64,000 nt of DNA from NCBI GenBank assembly GCA_964016885.1, contig OZ024749.1:6200001-6264000 (forward strand), in the 5' to 3' direction. The stretch is from Eledone cirrhosa. Taxonomy: Eukaryota. The notes beneath the pieces are model-generated. The model saw only the letters and a program-made list of their open reading frames with translations. It was not told where the DNA came from and ran no database searches. The position numbers were made by a program, and so were the translations under genes. The first letter of the stretch is position 1. The number at the start of each line of letters is the position of its first letter. This document shows, piece by piece, positions 1 through 13,921 of this stretch.

Positions 1-279
1 GCGTAGATTTACTTCCCTTGCTTTTATCGAGAATCTAATTGTAATACGTGACGTATTCTATTCTATAGCGATTAGGTCTTCAAAATGTTTATTATAAACA
101 TACAGAATATTTTCGAATATTCTATGTCTATATTCATATATATATATATATATACATATACATATCTGTGTTTATCTCTCTTTTATATTCAATTATATTA
201 CAAGGCCCGAAAACATTTCTTTCCTTGAACTATTTAATTGTGAGAGACTATTTTGAGTATCTAACTCTATATATGCCTT

Positions 280-328
<49 letters not shown>

Positions 329-472
329 CCACACAGATATATGCATAACTCATACATTTTCATATTTAACACAATAAAACTTTAAAACACACATTTAAAC
401 ATACACATACACTCACACAAAATATTGACATTAATACACACACTTCACTATGTGTTCCTATATCGTTACCAT

Positions 473-866
473 GCAGGCGCATGGCTTAGTGGTTAGAGTA
501 TTGGGCTTGCAATCGAAAGGTTGTGAGTTCAATTCTCAGACCGGGTGATGTGTTGTTTTCTTGAGCAAGACATTTTATTTCACATTGCTCCAGTTTACTC
601 AGCTATAGAAATGAGATGATAGGGACTGGGGTCCCTATCATTCCACTGCAAAGTGGTCGTGGAGGTGCCACGGCAAAAAAAAAAGCAATTAGAACACATG
701 TATACTTATATCGGTGTTCATCCCTCTCATATATCCACTTATATTACATGGCTCGGAAGGATTCCTTGTGTGGAAGGGCATCCAGCTGTAGAAATCAAGC
801 CAGAATCAGTTCCCAACCCACCCTTGCTAGCAGGGAAAAGCAGGCGTAAAATGATGATGATGATGG
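473..866 (+). mobile_element. SINE family A (tRNA head, CORE-like centre, RTE-like tail), interrupted at ~687-770
   Basis: A box tggcttagtgg, B box gagttcaattc, cttgagcaagaca, tail ggaagggcatccagctgtagaaa...(GAT)n. Confidence 0.88.
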
Positions 867-1078
867 CTACCTAACAGTTTGTCTTCATTATTCTTTTTAT
901 TTTCGGTTGTTTTTTTACTTGGACTACCTTTTATTTTCTGTATCTATCTTTTGTGATCCTGTCTCTATGTCTGTACTCCTGAAGCAGGTCTAAAACCAGA
1001 CATGCTGAACTTTCTTTCCCCATTTCCATATAAAGCGTGAAACTAAGACTTTTTGTACCTCTGTTTGTTGTCTCTTTG

Positions 1079-1116
<38 letters not shown>

Positions 1117-1126
1117 GTCTAATTCA

Positions 1127-1779
1127 CCATCATTTTACGTCCACTTTTTCCCTGCTTGCAAGGGTGGGACGGGAACTGATGCTGGCTTGATTTCTACAGC
1201 TGGATGCCCTTCCTAACACCAACATCGTTTACAGTGAGTGCTGGGTGCTTTTTTGCCGTGGCACCTCCACGACCACTTTGCAGTGGAATGATAGGGACCC
1301 CAGTCCCTATCATCTTATTTCTACAGCTGAGTAAACTGGAGCAATGTGAAACAACACATCTCCCGGTCTGAGAATTGAACTCACAACCTTTCGATTGCAA
1401 GCCCAATGCTCTAACCACTAAGTCATGTGCCTGGAGCAACGTGAAATAAAGTCTATTGCTCAAGGAAACAACACATCACCCAGTTCGAGAATTGAACTCA
1501 CAACCTTTCGATTGCAAGGCCAATGCTCTAACCACTAAGTCATGTGCCTGGAGCAACGTGAAATAAAGTCTATTGCTCAAGGAAACAACACATCACCCAG
1601 TTCGAGAATTGAACTCACAACCTTTCGATTGCAAGCCCAGTGCTCTAACCACTAAGTCATGTGCCTGGAGCAACGTGAAATAAAGTCTATTGCTCAAGGA
1701 AACAACACATCACCCAGTTCGAGAATTGAACTCACAACCTTTCGATTGCAAGGCCAATGCTCTAACAATATGTGCCTCC
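1127..1779 (-). mobile_element. SINE A with three extra tandem 117-bp copies of its tRNA head
   Basis: Unit ctggagcaacgtgaaataaag... starts at 1431, 1548 and 1665. Confidence 0.9.
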
Positions 1780-1997
1780 ATTTAAATATATACATATGTA
1801 CCTGAGTGTGTAAGAAATCAATAAGAAATACTTATCTTTAAACTTCAAAGCAATGTTTCAACACGACAACAACAACAACCATAATGAGATAAGTGTTTCA
1901 AATGTTCTTCTGTATCATAGTAATTTAATGAGGAACTTTCAACCTGAATAATTACCCTTTCGGTTTGATTGTGTATATATTTATGTAAGTATGTATG

Positions 1998-2028
<31 letters not shown>

Positions 2029-2029
2029 G

Positions 2030-2300
2030 TCAGGTCACCAGTTGGTGCTACTGGTAACATGTATCCCAGTACAACCTGTCCCATGGTCGGGTCGTTGGCG
2101 ACTAAACTGGCAACCCCACCAAGGTTTCTTGGTGTGGAGGGTGACTTTGGACATCCTGCAGGACTAAAAACAAAACCTGTCAAAGGGCAAAGGAGCTCTT
2201 AAGAGTCAATGGCCATCCAAAATCACCGGGAGAGATGACCCCTTAGCCTTTGTCAAGGCAGAATTCTAGGAGAAGGAAAACTCTGATATCACACCTGCAA
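2030..2300 (+). mobile_element. Probable LINE (RTE-type) 5' UTR fragment
   Basis: GC-richer segment with ...ggagaaggaaaactctga..., reminiscent of RTE/BovB-like 5' regions. No ORF support. Confidence 0.35.
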
Positions 2301-2507
2301 CCCTGATGATATCCAATGATGTTGACTTGTTCTTCTTTTTGGTAAATATCATCTTGGTTAAGAGAGTGGGACTGGCTTTGTGCAGTGCCTTTGTTCACTA
2401 TAAAAACTTCACGGCACAGGCATTGCTTTATATCTGGAGATCTCTCTGCACTTGTCGTCACATGGTACCATGGGCCCAGCACTATGTGTCAAATTGTCAC
2501 ATGTGTA

Positions 2508-3203
2508 GTGAACGGCAAAGCATAAACGAACTAAGGAAAAAATTAGAGATAAGAGGGATCAGATGTTGTTTACTCGAGAGAAGGCTACGTTGGTATGGAC
2601 ACGTGATGCGCATGAAAGTCGATAGCTGTATAACAAAGTGCAGGGCAATAAAGATAGACGGTAGTCACGGAATAGGCAGACCTAGAAAAACCTGGGACGA
2701 GCTGATAAACTCCGACATCACACACTTACACCTCTCCAAGACAATGTCACTGGACCGAGACCTTTGGCGGTACTCAGTAACAGAGAAGACCCGCCTTACC
2801 TAAATATATAGTAAAACCTACTCCAGCCAGTAGGCATCTCTAACAAAATACACCCCGTCCCACCACCACCACCCCCACCCGATCCACACCACCCCGTTCT
2901 ATGTAAAGTTATGTTGGTGCCGCGCCATCGAGGCCGAAACAAATGAGATCGTGTAGGTGTCACGACAAAAAAACACACAGTCCACGCTGTAATGTGGCCG
3001 TGTAGGCAACACGGTAAAAACCTCCCAGACCCACACTGTAAATGTGGTTGGTGTTAGGAAGGGCATCCAACTGTAGAAAACCTGCCAGACAGTCCTATGC
3101 GAGCAAGACAATCACTCTTGCCTCAAGTGGGACTACCCCCGTCCAAACCCATGCAAGCGTGGAACACGGACGTTAAACGTTGATGATGATGATGATGATG
3201 ATG
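2508..3203 (+). mobile_element. RTE LINE 3' fragment
   Basis: Near-identical to 15429-16035 ([16 protein letters not shown]...EKTRL), with full 3' UTR and (GAT)n tail. Confidence 0.95.
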
Positions 3204-3330
3204 TAGTGTTTGTACCAAAGTTTTCAAGTTGCTGGCCGGACTGAAAAGTCACACTCGTTCAGCGCATCGGTAGGGGTCCTCCTACATGGATATAAAGTAG
3301 TGGCCGTACTCGAAAACGAGTTGGCAGCCA

Positions 3331-3368
<38 letters not shown>

Positions 3369-3375
<7 letters not shown>

Positions 3376-3743
3376 TTAAAACAATGAAATTAAACACAAA
3401 ACTGTTAATTCATAGTAAAACACATTATTTTACGATCGTTTCTGGGGGGTAGTTCCCTGGATGTTCATTCAATTATTAATCTATGTAAAACATATTACAA
3501 AATATCATAGTGAGAAAAAAATACATACGTCTTTACTACCCGCCGTCTTCAGAAATAATCTAAAGACGGCGGGTAGTAAAGACGTATGTATCTTTTTCTC
3601 ACTATGATATTTTGTAATATGTTTTACATAGATCAATAATTGAATGAACATACACGGAACTACCCCCAAGAAACGATTGTAAAATAATGTGTTTTACTAT
3701 GAATTAACAGTTTTGTGTTTAATTTCATTGTTTTAATATTTCT
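3369..3743. repeat. Near-perfect 375-bp palindrome between (TA)n tracts
   Basis: Arms 3369-3549 and 3563-3743 are reverse complements with a few mismatches; 13-nt loop. Confidence 0.95.
3424..3559 (-). ncRNA. Type I hammerhead-like motif with ~100-nt helix II domain
   Basis: Minus strand: attattt-CTGAAGA-cggcgggtagt...(~80 nt)...actacccccca-GAAA-cgatcg-TA-aaataat. 7-bp helix I and palindromic helix III. Confidence 0.7.
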
Positions 3744-3765
3744 ATATATATATATATATATATAC

Positions 3766-3849
<84 letters not shown>

Positions 3850-3870
3850 GTACACATATATCTACACATA

Positions 3871-3992
<122 letters not shown>

Positions 3993-4289
3993 TCCACTCA
4001 TATATATATATATATGTATTAACATATTTTCAGCAGAAAATGCAAATAGCTACATTAGACCAACAGATAGCTGCCTCTATACCTGATGAGTGTGCAAGTT
4101 TAGACATTAAGGTGTAATGTCAGTTTGTGTAACATTAAAGAACCACCCTGTGTTAAGAGTCAGGTTAGACGGGAACACGGAAGGGAATCAAGGTAAAACA
4201 GATGTAAAATGTACACCACATTAATGCTGGAAAAGTAATTGAAAAAATCTAGAATTATGTCTAAATAACGTGGTGTGTGTGTATATATA

Positions 4290-4708
4290 TATTTATTAAA
4301 ATAACAGATTAAAGTTTAAGAAAATAATCGCTGCTTTCACCCTTGACGGGATCTTCTGAAACTAAAAATAAAATCATTCTGTGAACGCAGAAGTAAATAT
4401 TTCGAAAAGCGTTGCAACCGGAAAAAAAACAGGATGGTGATACTTTGGTTCGTGAAGACGTTCCCTGGCAATGAACTGAAAAAAAGCGAGCATAATAAGT
4501 CGTTATGTGGAGCGGTTGCAACATTTTTCGAAATATTTACTTCTTTGTTCACAGATTGATATTTTTAGTTTCAGAAGATCCCGTTAAGGGTGAGAGCAGC
4601 GATTCTTTGCTTAAACTTTAATCTGTCATTTTAATAAATATTTGCACTAGGGTTATATTTTTTATATATGTTTATCCTTATCGAGCCCTCTTTGGATTTT
4701 ATTATTAT

Positions 4709-4712
<4 letters not shown>
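4290..4712 (+). mobile_element. Fold-back pLTR-like insert (arms 4290-4420 and 4513-4641, plus unique tail)
   Basis: Inverted arms of ~130 bp with a ~92-nt spacer. The tail recurs at 7794-7890 (minus) and ~16620-16662. Confidence 0.8.
4567..4617 (+). ncRNA. Variant hammerhead-like motif (core CAGAAGA)
   Basis: agttt-CAGAAGA-tccc gttaa gggt-GAGA-gca..tgc-TT-aaact. The mirror copy keeps GAAA; a further copy lies at 19567-19612. Confidence 0.55.
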
Positions 4713-4760
<48 letters not shown>

Positions 4761-5137
4761 ATTGTTCTATCTTCAAAAACCATTAACTTGCAGACCACTG
4801 CAAGTGGATTTTGTTGATTTTGGATTTGCAGAAACCTAGCGGAGATATTGTGGATTATATGAGATGTATATTATATGCTATATGTTATATGTATTACGTG
4901 TTATGTATGATGTCGACGCGATGGTCGAGGTTAGTCAATTTTTTCCTGAGTTCAGTCTGTTTTGTGGCTATGGTCACTGCGGCCCGTCTATCGGTCGCTG
5001 TCTTCATTTTGCAAAGCTGTCTAAACGTAATGTTATAACTCTAGGGTTATATACCCTATCGAATGCTTAGCTGCACACCGAAACTGCATTCGTTAGCTTG
5101 GCTGCAACCATGGCTTCGTTGATGCTGTACTAAATGT

Positions 5138-5167
<30 letters not shown>

Positions 5168-5172
<5 letters not shown>

Positions 5173-5850
5173 AAATATATGTAGAATAGAAATGGCTGTG
5201 TAGTTGCTTTTAAGGTAACTTAAATTGGAGTGGGAATAGGAAGAAAGCAAGAACAGGGTGGGGGGGGGTCCTCATCAGTTGTCTACTGGGAGTCTCGGAT
5301 ATTTCTACACTTTAAAGACAAGATATCTAACGCCGAGGGTGTTCAATAACTGGGTAAGTTATTGGGAAAACGGAAGAAGGAGCAAATTGGAAGAAAAGAG
5401 AAAACAGTAACAAAACAGTGAAAAAAACAACAAACAGAGCAATATGCGAGCAACTATAGGTAGGAAATCCAAGACAATCATAGGTAGGAAATCGATAAGA
5501 GAACTAAGTTCAAGACTGGCTGGTCGAGAGGAAGGAGAGAGACACACATCCGATCGCACCAGTTGTAAGTGAGAAGAGAACTGCTAAACGGTCAGGCAAG
5601 GGGGTGAAAGTGAGAGGGAGAAAGTGAAAGGAAGAAAGTGGGGTAAGAGTAGATAGGGAGAAGAGGAGGGGAAGAAAGAGGGGCGAGAGTAAAAAAGGGG
5701 GGAGAGATAAATATGTAGGGGTCGGAGAAACGCTATATGTATTCTTCAAACCACTCACTCCCGTTTCTCCGACCCCTACATATCTATCTCTCTGCCTCTC
5801 TCCCGCACCCCTTCTTTCTCTCTTCCCTTTTCTACTCTATCTTCACCAAT
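5168..5850 (-). mobile_element. Probable PLE 3' non-coding fragment with short inverted repeat
   Basis: Pyrimidine-rich minus strand similar in character to the PLE 3' region at 53.1-53.3 kb. CTGATGA at 5272-5278 (minus). Inverted repeat 5703-5732 / 5762-5791. Confidence 0.45.
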
Positions 5851-6049
5851 AACTTCCTTTAAGAAATACAAGGGTATTTACATTTTAACCATTCTGTTCT
5901 GAGGATACGGTACAAGAAGCAGCATTTGAAAATTGAGTATCTGCAAATAAATAACTACCTATTTGCACATAACATGACTAGGCTGTATAACTACTGTAGA
6001 AACATTTGTAAGCATTCAGAATAAATTACCTTTTTATGATGTCTACCAT

Positions 6050-6390
6050 GGAGGCACATGGCTTAGTGGTGAGAGCATTGGGCTTGCAATCTAAAGGTTG
6101 TGACTTCAATTCTCAGACCGGGTGATGTGTTGTTTCCTTGAGCAAGACACTTTATTTCACATTGCTCCAGTTTACTCAGCTGTAGAAATGAGATGATAGG
6201 ACTGGGGTCTATATCATTCCACTGCAAAGTGGTCGTGGAGGTGCCACGACAAAAAAGCACCCAGCACTCACTGTAAATGAGGTTGGTGTTAGGAAGGGCA
6301 TCCAGCTGTAGAAATCAAGCCAGAATCAGTTCCCGTCCCACCCTTGCAAGCAGGGAAATGCGGACGTAAAATGATGATGATGATGATGAT
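6050..6390 (+). mobile_element. SINE A, full length
   Basis: ggaggcacatggcttagtgg ... cggacgtaaaa(tga)n. Confidence 0.92.
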
Positions 6391-6583
6391 ATATATATAT
6401 ATAATATGAAAGTAATGGAGATCGCTGGTGTACACACACACATATATATATATAATGGATTTCCAACTTGAGTTGAAAATTCATTTAGATGAAACACGTC
6501 TCCACGAAGATGCTTTGTTATTATGTTGTGGAACTAAATTTAAATATATATACATACACACACACACATAAATATATATTAAC

Positions 6584-6909
6584 AAAACTACACCCCCACC
6601 CCATCCACACCACCCCTTTCAATGTGGATGTTGTACCACAACAACCAGTGCGAAATAAATGAGGTCGTGTAGGTGTCACGAAAAAAACACACAGTCCACG
6701 CTGTAATGTGGCCGTGTAGGCAACACGGTAAAAACTTCCCAGTCCACACTGTAAATGTGGTTGGTGTTAGGAAGGGTATCCAGCCATAGAAAACCCGCCA
6801 GACAGTCCTATGCGAGCAAGACAACCACTCTTGCCTCAAGTGGGAAAACTCCTGTCCAAACCCATGCAAGCGTGGAAGATGGACGTTAAACGATGATGAT
6901 GATGATGAT
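6584..6909 (+). mobile_element. RTE LINE 3' UTR fragment
   Basis: Matches the 3' UTR at 2842-3203 and ends in (GAT)n. Confidence 0.9.
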
Positions 6910-6998
6910 ATATATATACACACACACACATATATATATAAATATATATATATATATATGTTTATTTAATTATGCGTGTGTGTATATATATATATATA

Positions 6999-7096
6999 CA
7001 GGGTGTCCCCCAAAATGTATACATATTTCAAAAGTATTCTAATAAATATTAGCTGTAATGGAATCAAAGTGTGTATACATTTTTTAGGACACCCTA
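6999..7096. mobile_element. Tc1/mariner-type MITE
   Basis: TIRs cagggtgtcccccaaaatgtataca / tgtatacattttttaggacaccct in a TA context. Confidence 0.75.
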
Positions 7097-7443
7097 CATA
7101 TATAGACATATATTCAAACATACATACATGAAAAATACATATATAAATATATATATATAGATATATACACTATATCCACCCTATATGGAGGCAGTGCTGG
7201 AGTTATAATAAAATACAGTACATCATGATAAAGTGGTGGACATTAGGAAGAAGACAAAGCCAGATAAATCATGAGAAAATGAAACATATGAGCAATGCAC
7301 ATATGACCTCTCTAGCATCAAATTGTGACAACCCATCTATCATGAAATGGCGATTAAGATTATATATATATATATATATAGATAGATAAATATAGATAAA
7401 TATATAGATATAGATATATAGATATATATGTGTGTGTGTGTAG

Positions 7444-7501
<58 letters not shown>

Positions 7502-7592
7502 ATATATATATATGCATATATATATATATGTGTGTGTGTGTGTGTATATATATATATGCATATATATATATATATGTGTGTGTATATATGCC

Positions 7593-7664
<72 letters not shown>

Positions 7665-7677
7665 CATACATATATGA

Positions 7678-7735
<58 letters not shown>

Positions 7736-7750
7736 ATATATATGTATATT

Positions 7751-7794
<44 letters not shown>

Positions 7795-7885
7795 GTAATA
7801 ATAATACATTTGAAGACTAAAATCCAAAGAGGGCTCGATAAGGATAAATATATATCAAATATATAAGAACCGTAGAGCAAATATT

Positions 7886-7960
<75 letters not shown>

Positions 7961-8623
7961 ATATTTATACATTTATACACACATTTATACATAGAGTGAG
8001 AGTCATGTATGATTATTTTTCAGTTCACATATGAAGTTCTGTTAATTGAAAACCAATGGTGTCTTTTCTGCTGTCTTCGATGATAACAGGAAGTTAAAAA
8101 AAGAACTCCAAACTCTCCCAAAAAAACAAACATTATCAATTTACTTCCGATAGTATCCAGCGCACATCACAGCAATTATCTATATATTTAATTAAATAAA
8201 TAAAAAAATCATCTATAAAAACAATATAGAATAAACATAAAAAATTATATCAAACGAAAATACTAATATTCATAATGATGATGATGATGATAATAATAAT
8301 AATAGTAATAATAATAATAGTAATAATAATAATAATAATAATAATATAGGGGATTCTGACAAGTACTTCATCATAGCCTCTATCCACTGGCTGTCCAAAA
8401 ATTTCTAAAAACGATCAAACACACCATAATATATATATGTATATATATGTGTGTATATATATATATATATACACATATATATGTATATATATACATGTAT
8501 ATATATATATACACATATATATGTATATATATACATGTATATATATATATATATACACACATATATATATATACTTGTATATATATACATATATATACTT
8601 GTACATATAATCATATATATACG

Positions 8624-8729
<106 letters not shown>

Positions 8730-8749
8730 CATATATTTATATTTATATA

Positions 8750-8788
<39 letters not shown>

Positions 8789-9179
8789 TTTATTTCATTG
8801 ATTTTTTTTGCCCTCCTATTTTGATTCATTTATTTATATATTTATATATTTATTTTTGTCATGTTGTTGTCCATTTCTGTTGCAGCAGATAGGTTTGACT
8901 GATTAGAGCTTGTTTGGCACATCAATAAGGCCAATCAAATCATTATTGATCTGTTCATACATATCACACAGAAATTACTCATGTGTGTATGTGTGTCTTT
9001 TGCTTTTCGTTGTCACTCTTTATATTTTTAGTTATATTTTTTTCTTATCTCCATCTTCTTTTGTACATTTCAATGTGTGATTTATTATAAAAGACAATTG
9101 TTGTTAGCTTGAAAACGAAAGTGAAAGTACAAAACTAATAAACATACAAAACCATGTAAATTAACACACACACACACAC

Positions 9180-9266
<87 letters not shown>

Positions 9267-9303
9267 TATATGTGTATGTGTGTATATATATATGAGTGTG
9301 TGA

Positions 9304-9341
<38 letters not shown>

Positions 9342-9386
9342 GTTTATATATATATATATGGGTTTATATATGTATATATATATATG

Positions 9387-9513
<127 letters not shown>

Positions 9514-9863
9514 GTATATATATATGATAAAGAAAAAAGGTAGTATAAGAGAGAGAGAGAGGGGGTGAATGAGAAGAGAAAGGAAAGATGGAACAGAGTG
9601 AGAGAGAGACAGAACAGAGTGAGAGAGAGAGAGGAGAAGATTGAGAAATGAGAGGAAAGAAAATTATATTTTATCTGTCTTTGTAAAATTAGCTTATTGA
9701 GATAGTATAATTTGATTGTGACTATATCTTACACAGTTGGAATCACCAATGGCATATATATGTAGAATTACTATGTCATTAACAACTCTTTCATTCACAG
9801 AAATTATTCTCATAAGTAGCAATGTTCCTTGACTTTGTTTCTTTTTTTACCACAAAAAAATGT

Positions 9864-9971
<108 letters not shown>

Positions 9972-10179
9972 GAATAATCGAGTATCGAAAAATCGGCGCA
10001 CGAGTTCACGATAAACAAAATTCGAAATGAGCGGCAGAGGGCTCAATAATTCAGATAAATCAGAGCTATAACTATCGTTAAAATACCGTCACACATAGAA
10101 CAAGTCTATAATCAACCATACGACCGAAAAATTGTGATCTGAAAGATTCGGGACACTCAGATAAAATATCAATAAATCA

Positions 10180-10220
<41 letters not shown>

Positions 10221-10383
10221 GAGACAGAGAGAGATAGTTAGGTATTAAATTATTTATGTAATATATATATATATAATACGTTTAGATATACAACATACAC
10301 AAATATGTAGAGATTTATATATATATATATGTATATAAACATTTAGATAAATAGATATATATGTATATATATATATATATGTA

Positions 10384-10452
<69 letters not shown>

Positions 10453-10938
10453 ATATATATATATTTGTACGTATATACATTTATATTTTTTATATATACA
10501 TACACACACACACATATATATGTGTATCGATATATATATATATATATGTGTGTGTGTATGTATATATAACAAATATAAATGTATATACGTACAAATATAT
10601 ATATGTACACACACACACACACATATATGTGTATCGATATAGATATATAGATATATGTGTGTGTGTATGTATGTATATATAAATTGTAGGTTTTCACATG
10701 CTTCCTTTCTCTCAAATTATATGGCTAATCACAAACAGGAAGACACTGATTTATCACCATTTTAGATTTTAGTAAGAATGGAAATAGTTCCATGTGGAAC
10801 TCTCTAGAATACACATATATGTATACATACACAAACATATATGTATACATACCCACATATATGTATATATATATACACAAACATATATATATATATATGT
10901 GTGTGTGTGTATATAAATATATATATATACATATATAG

Positions 10939-11036
<98 letters not shown>

Positions 11037-11037
11037 A

Positions 11038-11077
<40 letters not shown>

Positions 11078-11183
11078 TAAATATAAATATACATATATAT
11101 ATATAACACATATATATATATATCTACATATATACATAGATACATATATATATACATATATATATACATATTCATACATATGT

Positions 11184-11224
<41 letters not shown>

Positions 11225-11671
11225 CATGTATATATATACATATATATAAATAAATATATATATATATAGATATATACATAAACATGTATACAAAAATATA
11301 TATATACATATGTATATATATACACAAATGTATATATATATTTAGAATACATATATATACAATATATATACATATACATAGATGATGTCCTCCATTTGTG
11401 TGTGTGATATCCATGTAAAGTTGAAATGTAATGGTGATGCCAAGGACAAAGGTGAGAAGGAAGTAAACAGTTGATTAGACAAATTAATAGGGAGTCGGAA
11501 ATATATTTACTTTTCTTGTATTACAACTCATTAGCTACCTGTTAAGACACTCTTACACAAATAATGACCGCGAACATATATGAACGGGAAAAAACATGTG
11601 AAAAGGGCCCACATACACACACATACATATATATATGTAAATATGTATGTATATATATTTATATATCTATC

Positions 11672-11705
<34 letters not shown>

Positions 11706-11775
11706 CACACACATATATATATATATACATATATATATACTCACACACACACATACATATATATATGTAAATATG

Positions 11776-11865
<90 letters not shown>

Positions 11866-11873
11866 TATATACT

Positions 11874-11954
<81 letters not shown>

Positions 11955-12261
11955 TACATATATATATATATACATATACATACACACACACAGACAGACA
12001 CATATATACATATATATACACACGCACAAACACACACACATATATGTATACATATATATAAACACACACATATATATATACATATATACACACAAACCCA
12101 CACACCACATATATATATATATACATATATAAACATACACACATATAAACACAAACCCACATACACACACACACACATATATATATACATATCATCATCA
12201 TCATCATTTTATGTCCGCTTTTCCCTGCTTGCATATATATATATATATACTTATATACATG

Positions 12262-12315
<54 letters not shown>

Positions 12316-12354
12316 TAAACATACACACATATAAACACAAACCCACACACACAC

Positions 12355-12425
<71 letters not shown>

Positions 12426-12489
12426 TAAACATACACACACACACAATTCCAAAGCCGAAATACGATTCTCGGTAATTTATATTTGTATA

Positions 12490-12647
<158 letters not shown>

Positions 12648-12662
12648 GTATATATATATATT

Positions 12663-12724
<62 letters not shown>

Positions 12725-12970
12725 AACATACACACACATATATACGTATCTATATATATATATATACGTATATATCTATGTCTGTCTGTGTGATTATGTT
12801 TATACATGTGTGAGGTTGTAGAAGTAGGTGGTGAATCTACCTGTACACCTTAATGATAATGATAAATATAGTACAGGTGTTCTGACAGAGAGACATGGAC
12901 CAACGACCAAACTGTAATTACTACAAGAAGAGGATATTTCTAGCTTTCCCAACACCTACATATATATATG

Positions 12971-13031
<61 letters not shown>

Positions 13032-13036
13032 ATATT

Positions 13037-13067
<31 letters not shown>

Positions 13068-13183
13068 TTATATATACATATATATATGTATATATTTATA
13101 TATACATATATATCAAGCGTTAACCAAATATATACTTTCCATATACTGTACCGATTGTGTTGTTATTTCTGTTTATCTTTTAC

Positions 13184-13261
<78 letters not shown>

Positions 13262-13353
13262 TATACATATATATATACACATATATATATATACACATAT
13301 GTATGCATATACATATAGATATATGTACATACATATGTATATACATATACACA

Positions 13354-13392
<39 letters not shown>

Positions 13393-13400
<8 letters not shown>

Positions 13401-13630
13401 TTTTATTTTATAGAAGGAGCTTCTACAGGACTTGTACTGTTTCATTCAGATGAAATCTTCAGGAAGCTGGGTGTCACTTAATATGACACCCAGCTTCCTG
13501 AAGATTTCATCTGAATGAAACAGTACTAGTCCTGTAGAAGCTCCTTCTATAAAATAAAAAAATTTTACTCTGCCATGTATTGAGTACCTTACTTACTGTG
13601 GTTATCCCCGACTCAACCCGGGACCTACGT
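13393..13630 (+). mobile_element. Fold-back HHR-bearing insert in (TA)n
   Basis: Arms 13393-13476 and 13484-13562, 7-nt loop, then a unique 3' tail. Confidence 0.88.
13492..13542 (+). ncRNA. Type I hammerhead ribozyme inside a fold-back insert (mirror copy on minus strand, 13418-13468)
   Basis: agcttc-CTGAAGA-tttc atct gaat-GAAA-cag tactagtc ctg-TA-gaagct. Confidence 0.82.
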
Positions 13631-13666
13631 ATATATATATATATATATATATACTTATACACACAC

Positions 13667-13702
<36 letters not shown>

Positions 13703-13854
13703 GTATATATATATAGTATGTATATACTTATATACATATACATATATACACATATATATGTATATAGATACTTATATACATATACACTATATATATATGT
13801 ATATACATATACATATTTAATATACATATATATATATATATATGTATATATGTG

Positions 13855-13920
<66 letters not shown>

Positions 13921-13921
<1 letters not shown>

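Noticed and set aside
4083-4160. CTGATGA followed by a hairpin (also CTGAAGC at ~979 and CTGAGGG at ~25239)
   Set aside because: No convincing GAAA/helix III/helix I set, so not called as ribozymes.
5884-5940. Possible minus-strand terminal exon (ttgcAG, TQFSNAASCTVSSEQNG*)
   Set aside because: No recognisable similarity to CCDC39, and the intervening exons are absent.
6050-6125. Possible tRNA genes at SINE heads
   Set aside because: The A and B boxes are present, but the cloverleaf is poor and each continues into the SINE body.
7233-7247. 15-bp match (gtggtggacattagg) to the satellite unit on the opposite strand
   Set aside because: A single short match without flanking homology; cannot support an origin claim.
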